This document shows positions 34,674 to 42,041 of a DNA stretch of 64,000 nt, one piece after another. Position 1 is the first letter of the stretch; each line of letters starts with the position of its first letter. Below the pieces are notes generated by a model, which made no database searches, was not told the origin of the DNA, and was given only the letters and a program-made list of their open reading frames with translations. A program made the translations under genes and the position numbers. Location of the stretch: assembly GCA_022824105.1 (NCBI GenBank), contig JAJEAZ010000363.1, positions 14,079-78,078 of the forward strand. Reading direction: 5' to 3'. This DNA is from Alphaproteobacteria bacterium. Lineage in GTDB: Bacteria > Pseudomonadota > Alphaproteobacteria > Bin95.

Positions 34674-35545
34674 TGTGGCGCTCGCTCCTCTTCATGCCGG
34701 TGCTCGAGGAGCGCTTCCTGGCTAAAGCCGCCGAACGCGGCGCGGACGCCATCGTGCTCGATCTCGAGGCGAGCATCGCCGCCGCGCGCAAGGACGAGGC
34801 GCGGGCCGTGCTGGCGCCGGCGGTCGAACGGCTGCATGCCGCCGGACAGGATGTGCTGGTCCGCATCAACATGCCGTGGCGGCCGGCCCTGAAGGATCTC
34901 GAATACGCCGTCCGGCCGGGCGTTGCGGCGCTGGCGCTGCCCGGTTGCGCATCGGCGGCGCAGGTTGTGGCGGTCGATGCCTGCATCGGCGAACTGGAGG
35001 CCGAGCGGAACCTGCCGCGCGGCGGCATCCGCCTGGTCCCGCTGATCGAATCGGCCCGCGGCGTCCGCGACGCAGACGGCATTCTGCGCGCATCGGACCG
35101 GATCGCGGCCGTCGGCTTCGGCATCGAGGATTACCTCGCCGACATGGCGGCGCGCCCGTCGATCGAGCTGCAGACGATGACGGGGCTCGCGGTCGCCGAA
35201 GCGGCGCGCGCCGCCGGCGTCGTGCCCCTGATCGTCCCGGAAACGCTCGGCAATCTCGAAGACCTCGATGCTTTCGAGGCGGCGGCGGAACGGGGCCGGC
35301 GGATGGGGTCCGAAGGCGGGTTCGCAGCCCATCCGGGGCAGGTCGAACGCCTCAACCGGGTCTTCACGCCGTCCGGCGAGGAGGTGGCGGCCGCCGAGCG
35401 GATCGTCGTCGCGGCCCGGGAAGCCGAGCGCGCCGGCCTCGGCGTCGTACGGCTCGGCGACGGGTTCATCGACGGGCCGATCATCGTGCGGGCCGAGCGC
35501 CTGCTGGACCGCGCCCGGCGCTACGGGAAACCGCCTCCGCCCTGA
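34673..35545 (+). CDS. HpcH/HpaI aldolase / citrate lyase beta-subunit-like (CitE-type acyl-CoA lyase)
   Basis: RSLLFMPV...ADAIVLDLEASIAAARKDEAR and LVPLIESARGV are the CitE-family pattern. The ATG overlaps the CoA-transferase TGA. Confidence 0.85.
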   Translation: MWRSLLFMPVLEERFLAKAAERGADAIVLDLEASIAAARKDEARAVLAPAVERLHAAGQDVLVRINMPWRPALKDLEYAVRPGVAALALPGCASAAQVVAVDACIGELEAERNLPRGGIRLVPLIESARGVRDADGILRASDRIAAVGFGIEDYLADMAARPSIELQTMTGLAVAEAARAAGVVPLIVPETLGNLEDLDAFEAAAERGRRMGSEGGFAAHPGQVERLNRVFTPSGEEVAAAERIVVAAREAERAGLGVVRLGDGFIDGPIIVRAERLLDRARRYGKPPPP

Positions 35546-35600
35546 ACCGGGCAGCGCCGCAGCCGGAACCCGGCGCCGGCGACCGACCGCGCCGTCCCCA

Positions 35601-35720
35601 CCCGTCGCTCCGGTCGGAGCGCGCGCCCTCCCGTCATTCCAGCCAAACCGCACCCCGTCCCGTCATTTCGGCCGAGCGTAGTCCTCCTACCGTCGTTTCG
35701 ACCGAAGCGCAGCGAACGGA
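35601..35720. repeat. four degenerate ~30-bp tandem units (CCGTCRYTYC...)
   Basis: Units start near 35601 (cccgtcgctccggtcggagcg), 35631 (ccgtcattccagccaaaccg), 35660 (ccgtcatttcggccgagcg) and 35690 (ccgtcgtttcgaccgaagcgcagcg). Confidence 0.6.
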
Positions 35721-35811
35721 GAAATCCGGCCGGCGACGGAGGCCGGCCAAACGCCAAAGCCTGTGGCGTCGCCGCTGATTTCCGGGGGCGCGCCGGCCGG
35801 ATTTCTTGTAT

Positions 35812-36020
35812 CTCACCGAACTGCCCCCGGTGCTATGGCGCTGGTGGTGCTGGAGGCGACCGGCGGCTACGAGACCACGGTGGCGGCGGCGCTGTGCGCG
35901 GCCGATCTGCCGCTGGCGGTGGTCAATCCGCACCGGGTCTGAGACTTCGCCCGGTCGACCGGCCGGCTCGACGATCCCCGACCTCTCGACGCCGACGATC
36001 AGCGGCAGTTCGCGCTTGGC
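35812..36020 (+). pseudogene. IS110-family transposase remnant (internal fragment)
   Basis: Translation ALVVLEATGGYETTVAAALCAADLPLAVVNPHRV*DFARSTGRL..PLDA....FA matches the conserved IS110 (DEDD) N-domain core. In-frame TGA at 35940-35942. The N-terminus and the whole C-terminal half are missing. Confidence 0.7.
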
Positions 36021-36226
36021 GTAGGCCATACCGCGCACGCCGAACAGGTCGATATGGTTGAGCGATAGGGCCTCGCCGGCGCCGGGCGGCGGCCTCACGC
36101 GTAGGCAATGGCCCGATTGTCACGAGTCCGGGACCGGGCCGGCCCGGTCGATCTTGTCACGGAAGGGACATGCGCCAGTCGGAGCGAATGTCCGCTGGCT
36201 CGTTCGTGTTGTTCGGGCCTGGAGAG

Positions 36227-36934
36227 CTACGCCGGTTGCCGCCGGTCGACGCCTAGTACCGATTCACCCGGTGCTTCACTCGCTGAGCCGCCATACAGCG
36301 CTCGCCACCATATCAAGGTCAGGACCTCGGCGATCTTCTCGATGTCGCGTCCGAAATCGGTCACCGTCTCGTCGCTCCCGCAAAATATCTTGCGCAATAA
36401 TTCATCGACCATACCCATGACGGCGTAGATCGCGAGGCGCTGCATATCGGGCGGTGCCGCCACAGTGTTGCCGGGGCCCGCGGCGAGGTCGGCCAGAACG
36501 CGTTCGGCGAGCCAGCGGTCGGCGGCCTGGCCCAATTCCGCGAACTCCGGATCCTCTACTTTCAGCCTGACGTATGTGCGCATCAGACCGGCATTCTGCC
36601 GGAAGAAGTCCGTGTAGTAGAGGTTGCGGTCCCGGATCCGTTCATACTTGTCGACCGCCTCAATCGCGGGGCGCCGGTCGCGGACAGATTTCGTGAGCCC
36701 GGCAAACACGGCAAAGACGATCGCACGCGTGTTCTTGAAATACCTGTAGAACGTGCCGTGGGCGAGACCGGCCGCCTGAGTCACCTCGGCTACGGTCAGC
36801 GCATCCACACCCCGTTCGGCAATGATCTGTGCCGCTGCGATCAACAGGCGGATTCGTGTCCGGTCGACTTTCTTCGCCTGCCGGGACGCCGCAAGCGACT
36901 TCTTCAGGAGGTTCACATAACTGAGATCGTCCAT
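36227..36934 (-). CDS. TetR/AcrR family transcriptional regulator
   Basis: N-terminal HTH RIRLLIAAAQIIAERGVDALTVAEVTQAAGLAHGTFYRYFKN. Divergent from the ABC operon. Confidence 0.9.
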   Translation of the reverse strand: MDDLSYVNLLKKSLAASRQAKKVDRTRIRLLIAAAQIIAERGVDALTVAEVTQAAGLAHGTFYRYFKNTRAIVFAVFAGLTKSVRDRRPAIEAVDKYERIRDRNLYYTDFFRQNAGLMRTYVRLKVEDPEFAELGQAADRWLAERVLADLAAGPGNTVAAPPDMQRLAIYAVMGMVDELLRKIFCGSDETVTDFGRDIEKIAEVLTLIWWRALYGGSASEAPGESVLGVDRRQPA

Positions 36935-37009
36935 CTTGCACTCAATGCGAGGAACAAGGGCGCTGCCCGGTTTGCCTGCGTGCCATTTATGATATGAATG
37001 TCATTTTTG

Positions 37010-37056
37010 TTGACAAGGGATAATTGCACCGTTAATGACGTTATTGTCATTTTTGG
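37010..37056 (+). promoter_or_regulatory. candidate sigma70-type promoter with overlapping inverted repeat (putative TetR operator)
   Basis: TTGACA (37010-37015), a 17-bp spacer, then TAATGA (37033-37038). The inverted repeat AATGAC-N6-GTCATT (37034-37051) overlaps the -10. The 11-bp direct repeat TGTCATTTTTG occurs at 36999 and 37045. Confidence 0.5.
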
Positions 37057-37106
37057 AGCGGGCGCACCGATCCGCGCACGCAGCAACGTTCCAGGGTATC
37101 CGGCGA

Positions 37107-38204
37107 ATGACCGTGGGCGGCGCCACCGTTGAATTCGAGAAGATCCGGAAGACCTACGGCGATTTCGTCGCCGTGGACGATTTCACGCTGACGACGGAGC
37201 CCGGCGAGTTCGTCACCCTTCTTGGACCCAGCGGCTCAGGCAAGACGACCGTGCTCAACATGCTGGCCGGGTTCACCGACGCGACGGCGGGCGATATTCG
37301 GGTGAACGGCCAATCCGTGCTGTCCGTACCGACGGAAAAGCGCAACGTCGGCATGGTGTTCCAGCATTATTCCCTGTTTCCGCACATGAGCGTGCTGGAC
37401 AACGTCGCCTTCCCGCTGCGCATGCGCAGCGTGGCGCGTGCCGAGGCGCGGGACCGGGCGCTCAAGGCGCTGGCGATGGTGCAGCTTGAAAGCACCGCCG
37501 ACCGAATGCCCGATCAACTGTCGGGCGGCCAGAAGCAGAGGGTCGCGTTCGCCCGTGGGGTCGTGTTCGAGCCGCCGGTCCTGTTGATGGACTAGCCGTT
37601 GGGCGCACTGGACCTGAAGCTGCGCGAAGCGATGCAACTCGAACTCAAGCAAATTCACAAAACGGTCGGCTGCACGATCATCTTCGTGACCCACGACCAG
37701 TCAGAGGCGCTCACCCTCTCCGACCGGATTGTTGTCATGCGCGATGGCCGGATCGAGCAGGTCGATACACCCAATCGGATCTACGACCGACCGACCAACA
37801 AGTTCGTGGCGGAGTTCATCGGCCAGACGAACTTTTTCGCGCTGGAATCCGAACCCTCGACAGGCGCCGGCAATCTGCCGGAACTCGGCAGCTCGATTCC
37901 GCTGCCGGAGAGCATTGACGCCAGGGCCGGCGGCGACTGGTGGGTCAGCGTCCGGCCGGAGAAAATCCTGCGCATCGCCGAGGGCGCGGAACGCGGGATC
38001 AGCTTCGACGCTGCCATCGACGAGGCATTGTTCCTCGGCAACGAAGTTCACTACCAGGCCAGTCTGCCCGGCGGGCGGCAACTGCAGTTTCGGGAACAGC
38101 GCGGGCCGGACACGCCGCTATTGGCGCGGCAGGCGGCGGTACGCCTGGGCTTCGACTACAGCGACGCCATTCCGGTCGCTGACACTCATCCCGCGTCCGC
38201 GTGA
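37107..38204 (+). pseudogene. ABC transporter ATP-binding protein (PotA/spermidine-putrescine type) interrupted by an in-frame TAG at 37593-37595
   Basis: Track ORFs 37035..37595 and 37599..38204 are in the same frame. Walker A GPSGSGKTT, signature LSGGQKQR, Walker B VLLMD-[TAG]-P, H-loop FVTHDQ, and a C-terminal TOBE-like domain are all present. Confidence 0.85.
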
Positions 38205-38247
38205 CGTTGGCTCCACTGCATCACACCATCCAGGGAGGATCGATCCG

Positions 38248-39300
38248 ATGCGTTTCAAAAGTACAGTTCTGAGCGGCGCGATCGCGCTCGGCCTTGCCGC
38301 ATCCCCGGCACTGGCGGAAAAGAAAATCGTTGTGAGCGGGTCGGGCGGTGGCCTGGCGAAGGTTATGACGGCGATCTACGACAAGCCTTTCACCAAGGCG
38401 ACCGGAATCGAAATCAGGCGCGTCGCCTCTACCAATCGTGTCTCTCTCCTCGCCGGCATGGAGAAGACCGGACGGGTGCTTTGGGACGTTACGGAGCTTT
38501 CCGGTCCGGAATTCCCGCTTTCGGTCGCCAAGGGATTCGTCCGGGCGCTCGACTGGAACCTCATCGATCCGGATAACAGACTGCCGGCTATCGCGCGCGA
38601 CAAGTATGGCGTCGTAGCGGCCAGCTTCTCGACCATTCTCGCCGTCCGTACCGACAAGCTGCCGAAGGGCAAGAAGATGAAGTCGTGGGCGGACTTTTGG
38701 GACGTCAAGACCTTCCCCGGGCCGCGTGCGCTGCGCAACCGTCCGGTCGAGAACCTCGAATTTGCGTTGCTGGCCGACGGCGTCCCAACGGCCGATCTCT
38801 ACAAGGTTCTTGCCACAAAGGCCGGCCAGGATCGGGCCTTCAAGAAACTCGATCAGATCAAGAAGCACGTCGTCGTCTGGTGGAAGACCGGGGCCCAGCC
38901 GATTCAGCTCCTGTCCGACGGCGAGGTCTACTACACCAGTGCCTTCAACGGCCGCGTGACGAAGCTTGCCAAGTCGGGTACGCCGGCCGAGATCGTCTGG
39001 AATGGCGGTGCGCTCGCTCTCGCCTATTACGCCATTCCGAAAGGCGCCAAGAACATCAAGGAAGCGCATGCCTATCTCAGCGCGCTGGCACTCGATGCCG
39101 ATCGGGCAGCAGCCTTCGTAAAGATCGTTCCGTATCCGGGCTTTGCGCCTGGCCTGTACGGCAAGATTCCGGCCTCGATGGGCAAAGTCTTGCCGACGCA
39201 TCCGGACAACGTGAAGGTCCAGTTCAAGCTGAACGTCGGATTCTGGGTCAAGAACACAGAGGCGCTGCAAGAGCGGTGGGACGCCTGGTTGTTGAAATAG
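38248..39300 (+). CDS. ABC transporter periplasmic substrate-binding protein (PotD/PotF-like family)
   Basis: Signal peptide MRFKSTVLSGAIALGLAASPALA. About 350 aa, extracellular solute-binding family 1-like. GGGAGGA RBS before the ATG at 38248. Confidence 0.85.
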   Translation: MRFKSTVLSGAIALGLAASPALAEKKIVVSGSGGGLAKVMTAIYDKPFTKATGIEIRRVASTNRVSLLAGMEKTGRVLWDVTELSGPEFPLSVAKGFVRALDWNLIDPDNRLPAIARDKYGVVAASFSTILAVRTDKLPKGKKMKSWADFWDVKTFPGPRALRNRPVENLEFALLADGVPTADLYKVLATKAGQDRAFKKLDQIKKHVVVWWKTGAQPIQLLSDGEVYYTSAFNGRVTKLAKSGTPAEIVWNGGALALAYYAIPKGAKNIKEAHAYLSALALDADRAAAFVKIVPYPGFAPGLYGKIPASMGKVLPTHPDNVKVQFKLNVGFWVKNTEALQERWDAWLLK

Positions 39301-39380
39301 TCCCGGCGCCGTGCTTCGGAAAAAGCTTCACAAGTTCGGTCGCCTTACGCCATGCCGCCCCGGATGGAGCAAGCGGAAAT

Positions 39381-39432
39381 CCGGGGACCGGAGTCACCGG
39401 CGCAGGCCGTGCCGGGCGGCTCCGGTCCCCGG
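39381..39432. repeat. 13-bp perfect inverted repeat (stem-loop) in the intercistronic gap
   Basis: ccggggaccggag (39381-39393) and ctccggtccccgg (39420-39432) flank a 26-nt GC-rich loop that contains a further CCGGC/GCCGG pair. Confidence 0.7.
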
Positions 39433-39588
39433 CTCGCCCTTCGGTTCGCCGGGGCGGCCACGGTCTCGGAAGGCTGCAGGAGCGAAGCATAGTTTCCGAA
39501 ACACGACACTAGCGAAGGGCCGGCTCTCAACCGCGCCGGGTCGGTGCCGGCCCATTCCTTCAGATTGCTCTCGTTGGGGATCGGGATC

Positions 39589-40428
39589 GTGAAGCTCTTG
39601 CGTAGCAGCAATTGGCTGATTGTCCCCGGCGTCCTGTTGTTGGCGTTCTTTTTCGTGGCGCCGACGGTCGAGATTGCGCTGTCGAGCATCTTCGACGAAG
39701 GATTGACCGGCAAGCATTTCGAACGCTTTGCCACCAAAGGTGCCTATGTCGAAGTGTTCTGGCGCACGCTCGTTCGATCCGTCTGGATCGGCATCCTGTG
39801 CGTCCTGATCGGCTATCCGATTGCCTATTTCATCGTCCACCGCAGCCTGCGCACCCAGGTATTCCTGATGCTGCTGATTTTAGTGCCGCTGTGGACCAGC
39901 ATTCTGATCCGCACCTATGCCTGGATGGTCGTGCTGGGCCGGGAGGGCATCGTGAACAACGCGCTGATCTGGCTTGGCCTGATCGACAAGCCGCTGCGCA
40001 TGATGTTCACGACCGGCGCGGTCTATGTGGCGATGATTCAGATCCTGCTGCCGATCGCCGTGATCGCCTGTTACAGCGCGATGACGGAGATCGACCGGAC
40101 GCTGCCGCGGGCTGCCAAGGTGCTCGGCGCGAGTCCGTGGAAAGCCTTTCGGCACGTCTTCCTGCCGCTCAGCCTTGAAGGCGCTCTGACTTCGTTTGTT
40201 ATCGTCTTTATGTTGTCGATGGGGTTCTTCATCACACCGGCGCTCGTCGGCGGTCGCAAGGACGCCATGCTGGCAAACGTCATCGCCCACAATGTCGAGC
40301 AATTGAATTGGGGCTTTGCATCGGCCCTGGCGCTGCTGCTGCTCGTCGCGACCATCATCGTCATTGTCGTCGTCCGGTTGCTGGCCAATCGGTTTGTCGG
40401 CGTGCGATCCGTAGGAATGGCGCCATGA
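39589..40428 (+). CDS. ABC transporter permease (PotB-like)
   Basis: Polytopic protein with an EAA-loop region (EIDRTLPRAAKVLGASPWKAFRHVFLPL). GTG at 39589 preferred; the track start GTG at 39544 is possible. Confidence 0.88.
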   Translation: MKLLRSSNWLIVPGVLLLAFFFVAPTVEIALSSIFDEGLTGKHFERFATKGAYVEVFWRTLVRSVWIGILCVLIGYPIAYFIVHRSLRTQVFLMLLILVPLWTSILIRTYAWMVVLGREGIVNNALIWLGLIDKPLRMMFTTGAVYVAMIQILLPIAVIACYSAMTEIDRTLPRAAKVLGASPWKAFRHVFLPLSLEGALTSFVIVFMLSMGFFITPALVGGRKDAMLANVIAHNVEQLNWGFASALALLLLVATIIVIVVVRLLANRFVGVRSVGMAP

Positions 40429-41228
40429 GCCGAAAAATGGGCAACCCGGGCAGCATCCTGCTGACCGCCTATACAGTCGCCGCGATCGTCTTCCTGTTCT
40501 TTCCGATCCTGATCGTGATCCCGATGTCGTTCAGCGGCGAGCGGTTTCTCGGCTTTCCGCCGAAGACGCTCGGACTGCGCTGGTACATTAACTACTTCTC
40601 GGACGCCAATTGGATCGAGCTTACCTTGCGGTCCCTTCGCGTCGGGCTGGGGTCCAGCATCCTGGCATCGGTCATGGGGACGTTGACGGCGCTCGCGCTC
40701 GCCAGATCTCAAATACCGTTCAAGAAAGCGATCACCGCGCTGTTCGCAGCGCCGGTCGTCGTCCCTACAGTGATCATTGCCCTGGGCGTGTTCATCTTTG
40801 CCGTGCGCAGCCGGATCAACGATTCCGAACTGACGCTGATCGCCGCTCATGCAACCATTGCGCTGCCCTTTGTCGTCATGATTGTCGGCGCGGCGGCGCG
40901 GCAGGTCGATCCGACTTACGAGAAGGCCGCGCGTGTTCTGGGCGCCGGGCCGGTCAAGGCGTTCTATTACACGACTTTCCGGGCTCTGATGCCCGCCGTG
41001 ATCTCAGCGGCGATCTTCTCCTTCTTCGTTTCCTTCGACGAGTTGATCATTGCGCTCTTCGTGATGAGCGAGAACCACACGTTGCCGATTCGCATCTGGT
41101 CCGACCTGCGTTTCGAGCTCGACCCCACGATCGCCGCCATTTCGACGCTGCTGATCGTCTTCACTACTGCAGCGATGATCGTCGCCGACCGGTTGCGCCG
41201 GCGCAGCGCGCGCAAACCGGACGCCTGA
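40425..41228 (+). CDS. ABC transporter permease (PotC-like)
   Basis: EAA loop (DPTYEKAARVLGAGPVKAFYYTTFRALMP). The ATG at 40425 overlaps the upstream TGA. Confidence 0.9.
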   Translation: MSRKMGNPGSILLTAYTVAAIVFLFFPILIVIPMSFSGERFLGFPPKTLGLRWYINYFSDANWIELTLRSLRVGLGSSILASVMGTLTALALARSQIPFKKAITALFAAPVVVPTVIIALGVFIFAVRSRINDSELTLIAAHATIALPFVVMIVGAAARQVDPTYEKAARVLGAGPVKAFYYTTFRALMPAVISAAIFSFFVSFDELIIALFVMSENHTLPIRIWSDLRFELDPTIAAISTLLIVFTTAAMIVADRLRRRSARKPDA

Positions 41229-41249
41229 ATTGCCGGGAGCCAGGAGAGC

Positions 41250-42041
41250 ATGACCCTTCGATACGAAAAAGCCGACCGGATTGCGACGATCACGATCGAC
41301 AATCCGCCGGTCAACGTCTTCACGCCGGACATGCATCGGGAACTGTATGACATCCTGAGGGATTTCGTGGCCGATCGCGACATCCGCGCCGGTGTGTTCC
41401 GGGCAGCGGGCGAGCGTGCCTTCTGTGCCGGCGATGACATCAAGAGCCCCCGCCCGAAACGAACGACGGGCGAGATCGTCGAGCGCCATTTGTTCCCGCT
41501 GCGCGACGACGGTCCGAACGAATACCCCGGCTGGGAATCCGACGTTCTGCGGATGACGCGTCACAAGCCCATCGTCGGTGCGGTTCAAGGGCAGTGTCTC
41601 GGACAGGGGTTACTCTACTTGCTGAACCTGACCGAACTGCGTATTGCCAGCCCGGCAGCCAGGTTCGGTTTTCCGGAGATTGCCTACGGCATGGGGGGGG
41701 CCAGCGGTGCTGTCCGGCTCGGCAGGCAAATCCCGCACACGGCGGCCCTGTGGCTGGCTTTGACCGGTGAACCGTTCGACGCCGATACCGCCCTGCGCAA
41801 CCACATGATCAACGAGATTGTTGCGGCGGAAACCCTGCACGACAGGGCGGCGGAAGTAGCCGGATTGATCGCCCGGCATCCGCCGCTTGCCGTGCGCGTG
41901 GAGATGGAAGCCTACTACCGCGCCCTGGACCAGTCGCGCGAGGAAGCCCTGGCCTCTACCGGCCACCTGTATCGACTACAGCGCGCCGCCATGGACCCGA
42001 CGCCGCCGTTGGCCGTCGCCAACTCGAAAGCTGCAGAATGA
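41250..42041 (+). CDS. enoyl-CoA hydratase/isomerase (crotonase) family protein
   Basis: ATITIDNPPVNVF, FCAGDDIK and the AVQGQCLGQGL oxyanion-hole region. Confidence 0.88.
   Translation: MTLRYEKADRIATITIDNPPVNVFTPDMHRELYDILRDFVADRDIRAGVFRAAGERAFCAGDDIKSPRPKRTTGEIVERHLFPLRDDGPNEYPGWESDVLRMTRHKPIVGAVQGQCLGQGLLYLLNLTELRIASPAARFGFPEIAYGMGGASGAVRLGRQIPHTAALWLALTGEPFDADTALRNHMINEIVAAETLHDRAAEVAGLIARHPPLAVRVEMEAYYRALDQSREEALASTGHLYRLQRAAMDPTPPLAVANSKAAE

Noticed and set aside
35634-36098. 154-aa minus-strand ORF and other ORFs (35268..35681, 36058..36420) in the IS110-remnant region.
   Set aside because: They have no motifs. They overlap the recognisable plus-strand transposase fragment and repeat units, so they are likely non-coding debris.
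37593-37595. The TAG in the ABC ATPase as programmed recoding (pyrrolysine or suppression).
   Set aside because: No pyl genes or recoding signals are visible in the window. The canonical residue at this position is Glu, one base change away, so pseudogenisation or a sequencing error is the simpler explanation.
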